The notes under the pieces: model-generated
The model's input: only the letters and a program-made list of their open reading frames with translations
Database searches by the model: none
What the model was told of the DNA's origin: nothing
Shown here: piece by piece, positions 1 through 11,400 of the stretch
Numbering within the stretch: position 1 is the stretch's first letter
Layout of the letters: each line of letters begins with the position of its first letter
Assembly: GCA_037447605.1 (NCBI GenBank)
Contig: CM074810.1
Coordinates: forward strand, 964,880-1,028,879
Length of the DNA stretch: 64,000 nucleotides
Origin: Zygnema circumcarinatum SAG 698-1b
Taxonomy: Eukaryota; Plantae; Zygnematophyceae
Direction: 5' to 3'
Translations under genes and position numbers: made by a program

Positions 1-994
1 AAGTTTGTGTTTTTATGTGATAGCTGCCTCCAAACGCACTTCAGAATTTTCTACGGAAGCTGGCTTAAAATACTTTATTTTAGGTGCTTTTTCTTCTGGA
101 ATTCTGTTATTTGGTTGCTCTATGATTTACGGATTTACGGGAGTAACCAATTTGGAAGAATTAGCTAAGATTTTTGCAGGATATGGCTTGTACACAAGTT
201 TAGATGCTTCGCTTCCTCTTAGTTTGGCTGGGTCTCAATCCAGTGGTGTGTTTATGGGAATTTTATTTGTAGCAGTAGGTTTTTTATTTAAGATTACTGC
301 AGTTCCTTTTCATATGTGGGCACCCGACGTGTATGAAGGTTCTCCTACTTATGTGACTGCTTTTTTCTCAATTGCACCCAAAATTGCAATTCTAGCTAAC
401 ATGTTACGTGTATTTGTATATAGTGTTTATGATCCAACATGGCAACAACTGTTTGTGTTTTGCAGTATAGCTTCTATGGTGTTAGGTGCTATAGCAGGTC
501 TGGCCCAAAAGAAAGTCAAACGTTTATTAGCTTACAGTTCAATAGGACATGTCGGATACCTTTTAATAGGATTATCTTGTGGTACTATTGAGGGCATTCA
601 ATCATTGTTAATTGGTCTTTTTATTTATGTGTTAATGACTATCAATGTATTCGCAATAGTATTAGCTTTACGTCAAAATCGTTTCAAATATATTTCAGAC
701 TTAAGCGCCTTGGCTAAAACGAATCCCATTTTAGCAATAACGTTGTCTATCACTATGTTTTCCTACGCAGGAATACCGCCCTTAGCCGGTTTTTGCAGCA
801 AATTTGCTTTGTTTTTTGCGGCTTTAGGTAGTGGAGCTTTTTTATTAGCGCTGATCGGAGTAGTTACTAGTGTTATCAGTTGCTTTTATTATATACGCTT
901 TGTCAAAATGATGTACTTTGATACACCTAACACATGGATTCTGTATAAACCAATGGATCGTGAAAAGTCATTGTTATTGGCGGTTACTCTATTA
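1..994 (+). pseudogene. nad2: Mitochondrial NADH dehydrogenase subunit 2 fragment (NUMT, or organellar sequence mis-joined to the nuclear scaffold); 5' end outside the window, 3' end truncated
   Basis: ORF 5..1021 has nad2 motifs (EAGLKYFILGAFSSG, PFHMWAPDVYEGSP, KRLLAYSSIGHVGY, FSYAGIPPLAGF, FYYIRFVKMMYFD). It is AT-rich, stop-free and intron-free. Similarity ends at REKSLLLAVTLL (~994), short of the normal C-terminus, and GA-repeat nuclear-type sequence follows. Confidence 0.93.
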
Positions 995-1058
995 GAAATG
1001 AGTGGCTGGCTACCTGCCTGAGAGAGAGAGGGAGAGAGAGAGGGAGGGGGCGGTGCAG

Positions 1059-2613
1059 GTGTTGGAGGTGTGCTGTGCGAGGTTGGACGCTGCTCTCTTC
1101 AACGCGGCATTGGACGCGGAGGGGGACCCTGTGGACCCCCGCGCTCTGCCCTTCCCCTGCGGGCAGCTCACCTCCGGGCATGGCCTGCACCTCAAGATGG
1201 CGGTAGATACTCGCCTCCTCGTCGTCATCTTATTCGTCTTTGTTTTCAACGTCGTCTTCTTTCAACTTGATCTTCATCTTCACCTTCATCTTCATTCAGA
1301 ATTGAAGTTGCATTGGGAGAGTAGGTTCAGGATTTTTTTTCGAAGAATGAAGGACAATTGTGGAATATGGTTTGATATCCATTTAAAGTGATATCTTGAA
1401 CCTGGATTGCGTTTATGTGCCTGCAAATGAGTAGAGCTGTAGTATCCTTCTCCCTCGTTCACCTTAATCACTCCCTCTAATCACTCTCCTACATTTCACT
1501 CCCTCTCACCCTCTCTCTCTCTCTCTCCCCACCTCACTCTCTCTCTCTCTCACTCTCTCCGCACCTTCTGCAGGTCTCCACCTGGTCAGACGCCCTCGCC
1601 GAAGCACTCGACGCCCCTCTCTCCCGCCCCTCTCCTCTCCCCTCTCACACCCCAAACAATACAAAGCACCCCTCTTGGCTGCCTGATACTCCCGACCTCT
1701 TCTCTATGGATCTTCCATCTCCCAGTGACATGACGCCACCAATGTCACAGACTGACGAAGGAAACACCCCTTACTCTGAACCCTTCCCTTACCTTCGAGC
1801 CATGGCTGACCTCCTCATACTCCCCAAAGCCCTCCTGTCAGATCACAGCTTCAGAAAAGAGGTCTGCGGACCCCTCAGTCTTCATCTCGTGAGGAAGATC
1901 ATCTATCTCTTTGCTCCCGATGGGGCGGAGGCGGGCAGAGACTATGTATCCCCAGCCTTGCTCGCTACAATCAACGCTGAGGTGAGCCGGAATTGATATT
2001 CATTTGTCATTCACATGCTTCCGCATGAGTTCCGAAGTTTCTCACGAGAGTTTGAAGGGTGTCTATAGTGTCGTCAATTTTCTTCCGTCTCCTCGTTTCA
2101 GATTCAGATTAGACAAGATGCTGTAGGCCAAAAAAGGTCTTCTTCTGCTTTCATTTCTTAACTTTCCTGCAAAAAATGCAGGTTCGAGTGAAGTCAAAGT
2201 CGAAGACTGCGGGCAGTCAGAAGGATACCATGAAGGCGCCTCTGCCCGACACATCGTATGTGGCTCCAACCTCGCAGGCTGTACGGAAAATGTTGAGGTC
2301 CTTGGGAGAGGACGGAGGAGGAGGAGGAGGAGGAGGGTGGGGGGGAGTGATGGAGGATGGGGAAGAGAGTGATGAGGATATGAAGACTCTTGAAAGCTGT
2401 CTGGACATGCTTGGAAGCAGCAGCAGCTTTCCAGCGACCCCTTCCTCCAACACAGAAGTAAATGTTAAATCGGAAGACTCCCTGCGGCCTTCAGTCGTCC
2501 ACAAGCCGCAGAAGCTGCGGAGATATACTCTGCTGCGGGAGATGTGGGGGGGCAGCCCCTGCAGGAGATCAGCATCAAGTCCGAACATTCTAAAGCTTAA
2601 CTTGTCTGAGTAA
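1059..2613 (+). CDS. 3' part of a plant EEIG1/EHBP1 N-terminal-C2 / dilute-like domain protein (At3g01810-like family)
   Basis: GT-AG exons 1059-1202, 1574-~1981 and 2182-2613 join to VLEVCCARLDAALFNAAL..LPFPCGQLTSGHGLHLKMA|VSTWSDAL..LRAMADLLILPKALL..RKEVCGPLSLHLVRKII..ESDEDMKTLES..RYTLLREMW. This parallels recalled family motifs (CVARLDVAMFNAIL, LPIPAG..LKNAIGNWS, LLMLPKDML, SDEELEEL, RYxLLRxVW). The 5' exons are not in the window. Confidence 0.72.
1293..1464 (+). repeat. ~170-bp dispersed intronic element, copy 1 (copy 2 at 62017-62184)
   Basis: Direct alignment by eye with the reverse complement of 62017-62184, e.g. shared GTAGGTTCAGGATTTTTTTTCGAAGAATGAAGGA and GGTTTGATATCCATTTAAAGTGATATCTTGAACCTGGATTG. 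Confidence 0.9.
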
Positions 2614-3437
2614 GGAGGAATTCTAGGTTTTAGAGTTTAGGGTTTCAACTTCCGGAATTAGGGTTTAAAATTGCAGACCTCAGCTAATGGGTGCGAGGCC
2701 GAATGATGATGTTTTTAGCTGCCAGGCATCGCCAGGCACTTTTGGCCTGTTAGAATGAAGTGAAGGGGGGTTGTAAAGAGTATCGTGGGGAGAGGTTCAA
2801 GGTTTGAGGAAGGCCAAAGGCAGAATAAGTATCGTGCAAAGCACGCAAAGGAGCCTTAGCTCGTTGGGATGCAGAAAGATCACATGTGAAGTGCAATAAG
2901 CGATGACTTGCAGAGTATCCCTTTTGGGTATTGGGAGCAGCTCCTCTATGCCGCAATTCCGGTTTTAGGGCGTGCAGAGTTTGGAGCCGCTTTGGCTTGG
3001 ACAAGGGAGTGTGTTCCGAAACATTTCCAGGAAGGGCTTTGGAAGCTCTGTATCCTCCTCTGAAAGAAAAAAAATACTATGTATAACAAGCCTGATCTCG
3101 TAGATTCATGTGGCAAATGGTGTTTTCCTTTTAGATTTTGATTTTTTAAAGTCAGGCACACAATCACATATGCTACACTAGAAAAACGTAGTCACAGCCA
3201 CAATGTGAGTAAAATAAAATATTGCAAGCTCCTGTTTCCAACAAAAATGTCAAATGAGCTCAGCAGCTCCTCAGAAGGCAAGTTTTCCTTGCCCTTCCTT
3301 GTTCTAAGGTAGGAATAAAAAAAGAATTGGTGAAAGGTACTGCTAATTGTAGGCAAAGGCAACCAAAGGCTCGTCAATGTTGAATCCTTTTGCAGTACAT
3401 AAAGCTTAAGGGGCTGCAATTCGAGTCTTCCTCACTT

Positions 3438-5446
3438 CTAGAGCTGCGAATTGAAGTAGGCGGCTACTCCTATGAGGCCGACGAATATAGCGCCGATCAG
3501 CGCTGGCAAAGCGGCCCTGCAACACAAGCGGATCCGTCGAATAATTCAATAACAATAGAAAGAGTGAGAGTAGGGGAGGAGGGGGAAGAGAGGGAGGGGG
3601 AGAGACGAGAGAAGGGAATTCACTATATCATTTCATTTGTGTCATCATTACTAACATTTCCATTCTACTATTGTTGATCACCAACGAGGTCTCTGCCACA
3701 AAAGCGGCTGCAAAGACCAAGGGAGCTAATTGGTGAAAAGACCCACCCCACAGCTGCGTCCTGCTTCTTCAACTCCTCCTTGCGTGATTTCCTCACAGAA
3801 AGGTCATTTGCATTCTTTGCCACCGGAGCATCATATGGCTTGAACCTTCGTTTTGGTGCCTGACAGACTGCACGAGCCTGGAAAACCGGTCAGTTCCAAT
3901 CTTAAGGCCCGCTTCACCCCATCCGTCCAGGATTAGAGCCCAGCTATATCATTAACTTCGTAGCGATTGAACAGAATTCGACTGGGCTGGTGGTGTTTAA
4001 GGCGCAAACTTTGAAGACAGAATGGACATTTGAAGTGGTTCATTCTTCACCTCTCACAATAGAGTATCTCCCATTAAGCTAATGTGTTTACTATTCTTAC
4101 CAGGGCAACCGTAATCGCTCGTCAACGATTCAAATGGCTTCCTTGGATCATTGTAGATGTACCTGAGCAGAGCGAAATGTACGATGGATGCAAAACACAA
4201 GAAACAATGCACAATAAGATTGGCTTGTCAATTTATCAGTAAGATAAATGTTTGCTCAACAGGTCAGTAACTTTGGTAGTTGTGTATTTGCTTCATTGAG
4301 GAGAGAAAAATGGACAAATTTTGACGAAGATACTACTATGAGCATTTTGTCAATCTACGAGTGAGATTGCCGACAGGCAAAAAAAAATGTTAGAAGGGCG
4401 GTGGAGTGAGCAACATGATTGATGCCTTACAGCGTTAACTCAAAAACCCAAAAAGCTGATTCAAATCGTTTTCAATTCTTAAGGCTTTGCCGTTTGTTTT
4501 CTACATACTACGCTCAGAATAACATGCACGTATGCTCGAGAGAAGCCCTAACCAATCTTAGATTGGCTTAGTTTGCAACTTATGGCATCGATCCTATAAG
4601 CTTCACCATAACGCTCTAGCTGGGAATAAGGCACGCGCTCATACTCTCCCAGATAAGTCTAAAAGCAATAGGAAGGCCCGCATTTGAACAGTTCTAGACA
4701 AAAATCGTCTACTATTGAACAGAGAAGTCAAAATAAGTTTAGACGATTTCAATACGTGAAGAAGAATAAGAGTGTACTCATCATGCTTATCCTTACACTT
4801 CCGGAAATCAGACACTATGTGTGTGGATTTTTTTATCACTTAAGCAACGCAATTGCAGCATTCAAAAATCTAGGCTCGAATCAGTGGTGGCGAGTGGTCA
4901 AGTTAATACTTTTGCAGTGCAGGAGCCCACCAGCATCCACTGCATACTGAAAACTTTGCAATTGATGAGCTCTGCAGCTACTGCTGCATCATAACTTCAT
5001 CAAGCAGTGGCCAACGTACACAGCCAGAAATCCGAAGCACCTTAAACTTAACTTCCAACGTGAATATAGGAATCTTCTGAATCCAGACTGCAACTTTCTT
5101 TTTTAGGAACATCTACCAAGCATGCAAACGACCAATCCTGCATTCGCTGTGCTGCAACACACCAGCCTTCTCCCTGCCTCTCTCCTCTCTCTTTCACATC
5201 TCACCCGCAGTCCCTGCAGATGTACGGTGCAGTCCGCGCCTGCATGACCGTCCTCCCCCCGCCGTGCCCGACCGCGAGTTGCAGCTCCGCCGCACCCTTC
5301 ACAGAAGCCGAGCTCCTGAGCGCGCCGCTGCTTGCCGCGCGTCCCAGCCTGCGCGCTTCATCGTCGAGCCGCGGCGCGCGTGCGGGCGCGCAGGCGGCAG
5401 CGGAGGCGGAGGCGGAGGCGGCGAGCAGGGCCTGCGCAGCCGCCAT
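3438..5446 (-). CDS. Chloroplast rubredoxin-like protein with C-terminal TM helix (At5g51010-like)
   Basis: Four GT-AG exons: transit peptide + PYICRDCG; YIYNDPRKPFESLTSDYGCP (4101-4162); VCQAPKRRFKPY..VRKSRKEELKKQDAAVG; AALPALIGAIFVGLIGVAAYFNSQL* (stop 3438-3440). Two CxxC motifs are present. Confidence 0.9.
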
Positions 5447-6872
5447 GGCTCCTTGCTTCCTTCTTTCCTGCCGAGTCCGAGTGAGGGAGGGAGGGAGGGA
5501 TGAAGGGAGAGAGGGAGAGAGGGAGAGAGGGGGATACGTAGGCCTGCGCCGCCTCGTGACGCGACGTGACCATTACAGACGTGACGTGACGTGAAAAACC
5601 GAGGCAAAGTGTGACGTGATGTGTCGTGACACAAACTGTACGGTAAGTAGTAAAGGTCCTCCAGGAGCATGCGAACGCGAATTTGGGGGGAAGGAGAGGG
5701 AGTGAGAGCCTGGTGAGGGGCTGGAGTGGGAGGGAGAGGAAGGGAGAGGGAGGGAGAGGGTGGGAGTGGGAGGTAGGGAGAGGGCGGGGGGAATGGGACG
5801 GGGAGACGCACAGTGGCGCTCTTGAAGCGTGCTCGCTCGATCTCTCGACCAAAAAGGAACTAGAAAAATCAAGCAATGGATTCAAGTTCAGTCTGCTTTG
5901 ATCATTTTCTGATTATTGTTATTAGTTTTTGGGAGATAAAAAAAGTAGAACCCAAATAAGAATGAATGCAACAGGATTGCACTCGAAGCAGAAACCAATC
6001 TCCAACTTCTGCACTACGCTGAGTCCGCTTGCAGGAGTGCTTCTTTTACTTCTGCACAAAACTAGTTTGGTTCCATGAAGTTGACGACAGTAGTTAGTCT
6101 GATGAAGTTTTAGCACGACTTGGACATGCGGAGGCGGACTCCCGTGCTCTTCCCTCCTCCCTCCTCCCTCTTCCATCCTCCTTCCCTCTTCCCTCCTCCC
6201 TCTTCCTTCCCTCCTCGTCTTCCCTCCTCCCTCGTCTTCCCTCCTACCTCCTCCCTCTCTCTTCCCTGCTCCCTCCTCCCTCCCTCCTCTCTCGTCTCTC
6301 CTTTCTCCTCGTCCCTCCTCCCTCCCCTCCCTCCCCTCCCTCCCCACCATCTCCTCCCGCATCTGCTCTCCTCCCCCCTCCATCCTTCCCCCTCTCCCTC
6401 TCTCCCCCCACCTATCTCTCTCTCTTCCCCCCCTCTTGTAATAGACTCTCTCTTCATACACACATTTCATTGAAAAAAATGTTGAGCGTGCAAAAACGAC
6501 GCAAAGAAAACGTCGGCTTACATATGGTTATGTGAATTATTCACGCACTACGCCTGAAATATTCCTCATGTCGCCTCTAACTCTCTCTCCCTCGCCCTCT
6601 CCATGTATCCTCACTCGGGTCATTCACATGCCCGCCGTGTTTGTATGTTAGAGCCTAAACCTAGGGCCTCTCAGCAACCTTCACTACAAACGCCTGCCCA
6701 TCGTGAGTTCACATTCAAACCGCCTTCACAGTTGAAGCGAATTTGTGAAAGACAGGACAGAAAAAGATTGGATTAGTCGCAAATCAAGCGGTGAGAGTGG
6801 TGGGAGTGGCTCCTCCAAAAGCAATTTTTGATCACCATGTGTTGGCGATGCAGAAGCGGTCCAATCGATACA

Positions 6873-7448
6873 TTAGATGGCCATTACATCTCCAAAATTT
6901 CTCATAAGCAAGACGGCGCCAGCAAACATCGCCACGGCTCTGATGGCTCTCTGCAGAACACTCGACCAATACCACGGTTTAGACTAGCCATCATCTCTGA
7001 CTCCTTCACAGACATTGACGACATGCCAGACACTGAAGTCTCAAACATGGAGCTGAAAAAAGTGTCAAACCACTCTCTCATACCAACAATCTCCTGCTTC
7101 TGCTTCTGTTAAACCGGGCAACAACATCTATTCTGACTGTTGCAGAGTACTGCCGCTTCTCAGTCAGAAAAGTGTAGTCCATTCGCACTCATGGTTCAAG
7201 GCTACGCTACTATAAAATTTCAAGAGTCCAAAAATCAAAAAAATCAATAAATCTCCATAAACAATGCCTGCCAAATAAGGGTAACAGTTTGACGCAGGCC
7301 TGCTCATCTGCCGATCAACACATGCATGCTCCAATGCAAAGCGAGCGCACAGTAAAGAAAGTACCAAGTTGTGAGCCAGCTTTTCCTCGTCGGACGTCTG
7401 AGATATCCAAAACTTCTTCAAGCTTTGGAAAGTAGAAGAAGACGCCAT
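6873..7448 (-). CDS. TOM5: Mitochondrial import receptor subunit TOM5 (53 aa, 2 exons)
   Basis: Exons 7448-7365 and 6950-6873 (GT-AG, phase 0) give MASSSTFQSLKKFWISQTSDEEKLAHNL|RAIRAVAMFAGAVLLMRNFGDVMAI*. This matches the plant TOM5 pattern (MKALWHSEVHDEQKWAVNMKLLRALGMFAGGVVLMRSYGDLMGV). Confidence 0.88.
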
Positions 7449-8423
7449 GGCCAGAGTTCAAGTTGTTAATTCTCAGCTAGCTTTGACAACAGCCCTCCTT
7501 CAGACTGCTCCACGTTCGACGGGGTTTCTGAAGCAAAAGGGAAACAAATTAGAGGATGGGCGGCATGACAGAGGGTTTGTTTGTAACTCGTTCTGTGAGA
7601 TGCCTGTCAGAAACATTTGACAGTTCAGGAGAGATTTGTTTAACTAACCAACGTGATGTTCAATTCATCAGTAAACCATGATAAGTTTCTGTCCGGCCGA
7701 TTGAGATTTCATGCATCACACGTATGAACGCCAGCAGAGGGAAACAGCGGGAAGGGAGAAAGGGAGGAAAAGTGGAAATTGAGGAAAAAAAATAAAGCAA
7801 ACAGCGGAGACAGAGCAATGAATAAACAACGTAATTCAACGGAAAGGATAGCACTGTGCATGCTCTCTGCACACCCTCTCCCACTCCCACCTCCATGACC
7901 TCCACCCTCTGCCGCGTTGCCTTCTCCCTCTCCTCCCCTCTCCTCTCCTCTTCTCCTCCCCTCTCATCATCCTCTCTCATCCTCTCCCTCTTGCATGGCT
8001 TGAGTGGTCCACTTACCGAGAGGGAGATGTTGCGCCTGCAAGCGAGAGGAGGCGGAGAGAGAGATGATACCGTCTGCAGAAGGGAAGCTCCTGCAGCTGC
8101 TTTGCTCGCTCCATGCCCCCAGTCCCGTTGACGGTCGCGCACAATAGCCCAGCTACACAAATCTGAGAAATTAGCGTTGACAAATTCACATAGAAGTGTT
8201 CGAATATTTACAACTCTATGCACCACAGTTTGAAATTGTTAAAAACTGTAAACGGGTAACCGGAAACTGCGAACTGCGCAGCATGTACCTTGCTTTGCAG
8301 GTCCGCAAGCGGGAGAGGCACGCCTCCTTTTTATGTAGCTCTCTCTCACGCACTCTCAATCTCTCTCTCTCGCGCGGACATTCATGTTGCTTGTCGTCCC
8401 TTCGCCCCTTCTCTCAAGCAGCC

Positions 8424-11400
8424 ATGCCAAGCGGAGCTTCGTGTCTGCTGCCTCTTTTCCAGCTTCCAGCACAGAACTTGCCAGGCTTTGCGGTTTGTTC
8501 ACAAGCAACTCAATGCAGCCGTACTAAAGAGAGCTCCTGCGTCGGAGCTTTTCAGAAACTCTCAGTATTTGATAGCGCACAAATCTCTTTCTGCGCTCAA
8601 AGAAAAAGATCCAGCAGCAAGCTGCGAAGGTTGAGAGTGTATGCTGGGCAAGGACCTGTAGGAGGCGATGAGAAAGATACGAAGATTCAGCTTTATGGGA
8701 AAATAGAGAAGTGAGTAAGAGCATATGAGGGGAGGCATGTTAGTTGAAGACGTCAAGAGCGTTTGCTGTTTTTTTTGTTTTTGTTTTTCGGTTTCCTGGA
8801 GCTGAGAATTTACCATCAGACAACTGTCAGTAACGCAGTGAATGGCTGGCTTTCAATTGCTCGGGCTGAATGTAATGCATTTTAACGCATTTTAACGATT
8901 GCTTACCGCATTCAGACTCATCCTGGTCCTCATCCACATTTAAGAGAAACGTCTGACAGCAGATATCTTTCTTTTTGCCCCAGCTGAAAAAAAAGACGTT
9001 ATTTATGTATTGATTGTTTTCTACCGCACTCATTTGAATTTCGACATGCTTGATGGACCATTTTTCTCAACAAATGGCGATGTAGTGCAGTTCTCTAGCC
9101 ATATGTCAGTTATGCTCTAGATACCCCCTTTTGCGCATCAAGTTTGACAAACAGCTTCCTTTTGCCGAATGAAGGCCCCTTTTTGTTGTTTTTAAATTTT
9201 TGTTGCCATGCTTCTCTCTAGCTGTATGTTTTTCTTGTTATTCCTCTTGGCTATAATTCAAGGAGACCGCGGCACGGTCTTTTGTTTTTTGCCTTTTATT
9301 GGCACGTCAAACAATTAGAAGCATCCCTCGAAAGTATCTGGGATGCTCTCCTGCCAGCTCAAGGACTGTGCAATGTTGTTTTGGCGTGTTTAAAATACTC
9401 TACGGCTGCACTGTTTGTTTACACATTCGAAATAAGAGTGATTTGTTTAAGCGAAGGCTGATACAGGCCGTGGTTTTCTTCTGTAGGCTGTTAAATTTCT
9501 CTTGCCAAGAAGAATTTTAGAGTTAACATCATGTGCGGGTGGATGCAGACTCTTTGTGGATTCCGCTAGAGACTTTCAGGGTACGGATGGCGAAGCTGGA
9601 AACTGGCAGAATGTTCAGGTTGGTGATCTTGCAGCCATGACCCCTAAACTTTAGAGTTGGTGCTTACTTTCAGAGTCGGTCTCTGATGAAAGTGCAGCAA
9701 ATTGCTACCGTACAATGGATGCCCGGCGAAGCCCCTCAGCTGATAATGTCATGAGCAGCTTTTGAAGGCACTAATTCTTAGTTTGAAAGTTTAGGATTGC
9801 AGTGCCATCGAAGCTAGGCTGTACTTGTGTGCTGTAAATCGTCTGAGGGCATAGAGTGATACTGATTCGCAGGAGGTTGTGCATTTGGAGAAGCGGAGAC
9901 TCAATCTACTATCCTTTGTTTCTAATGCAGGATTGTTGGGTTCTGATGCCAAGTGTGGGAGATCCCGTAGCTGTAGTTCACTTCATTGGTGGTGCATTCG
10001 TGGGAGCTGCTCCTCAACTCACCTACCGCTTGTTCCTGCAACGTCTTGCGGAGAGGTACATGAAGAATGGAAGGAGCAGACATTGTACTTCAGGAAAGAG
10101 AGGAAATTGTGGACTGCGGAACATGGAGTTTCTCAGCAGAGCTCTTCAAGTTTCTGTCTGCCTCTGTCCTTACAGAACAGTCTATTTTTCGTTCTGATGT
10201 CGTCACTGCTTTTAAAGTGAGAAGCTAGGTCTGTGTTTGTAACTGAAACACAGCTCACCTCCACTTCACTTATCGAGGCCGGTCAACATCGACCCTACTT
10301 TCCTTGTTCTCATTTATGTTCACGTTGGGGGGGAAGCAGGGGATTCGTGATTGTGGCAACACCTTTTGCCAGTGGCTTTGACCACTCTCGTATTGCAGAC
10401 GAAGCTCAATTTAAATTTGAACGATGTGTGCAAGTCCTTGGCAAGGTTTGTGTTTCTTACTCTGCATGCAAGCTGCAGATCAGTCCTTTGAATCTGCATA
10501 CAGTGACCAACTAAACGTACAGCGACTCAATACTGGAAGGCAGTCTCTCACTGGGATGGAGGAAGTTTTCTTGGGAGTGGGTTGCCAGGTAGATCAGCTC
10601 CCCGTTTACGGATTAGGGCATTCCCTGGGAGCCCTCACACATTTGCTTATTGGTGGGCCGGAACATTCACTCGGCCTGAAAGCAAAGGGTCCCATGCAGT
10701 TGGATTGAAGTGGACGGATGCCTTACATTTTCAATGATAACTTACTCTTTCGCTTTACATCTGGTTCTGTGTTAGAGGGCTGATGTAATCCACTTTGATT
10801 ATGACTCACTTCTAGTCAGTGGTTAACTAAATAGCCAATCTTGGCGTTTGAGGCCCTATGACAGCTTGCATGATTTTTGTCCTGATGGCGTACAGGTTCA
10901 AAGTACGCAGTGCAGAGGAATGGTAACATATTTCTTTCCTTCAACAATAAGGTTTGTCAACTAAGCCATTTGGGTTCTTGTTATTGTCGGTTATTAGTCT
11001 TGTTCGTGGTTGCTTCAGCTACCAGCTTCTGCTTATGGCTACAGCTAATTTAAGTAAACCTGCCAGTTGCCGCCTGGTCTTCTCAAACTGAATCAAACAG
11101 AGAGAAAGGAGGATGACCTTTTCACAGTATCACTCCTTCCATAGTTGCAGTATGTGCTGTACTTTGACCATGAACTGCGATGAAGCTTTAGTTTTCTCTC
11201 ACCAAGTTCCGTCTTGTACATACATAAGCAGGGCTGTCATTTTTTGGAAGTAGTTCTTCAATCTCATCCTGGAGGGTACTCACCTTTGGGCAGAGAATGG
11301 TTGCATTTCACCTGCCCAGGAAGCTACTGCCGCCATTCCCCTCTTCTCTCCTGCACTTGTCCCAATGGCTGAACGGTTTGGCCCTCTCATTCGGCAGCTT

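Noticed and set aside
995-1021. In-frame tail EMSGWLPA* after nad2 resembles the ECGCLPV motif expected just upstream in the NT-C2/dilute family, suggesting an in-exon fusion
   Set aside because: Only 8 residues, followed by a stop and a GA tract with no GT donor; chance similarity is as likely.
2625-2670. TTTAGGGTTT / TTAGGGTTT telomere-like words
   Set aside because: Only two or three isolated units. This fits common telo-box-like motifs, not a telomeric tract.
5922-6473. Glu/Gly/Arg-rich and Pro/Ser-rich ORFs
   Set aside because: These are translations of a CT/GA low-complexity tract, open in several frames on both strands.
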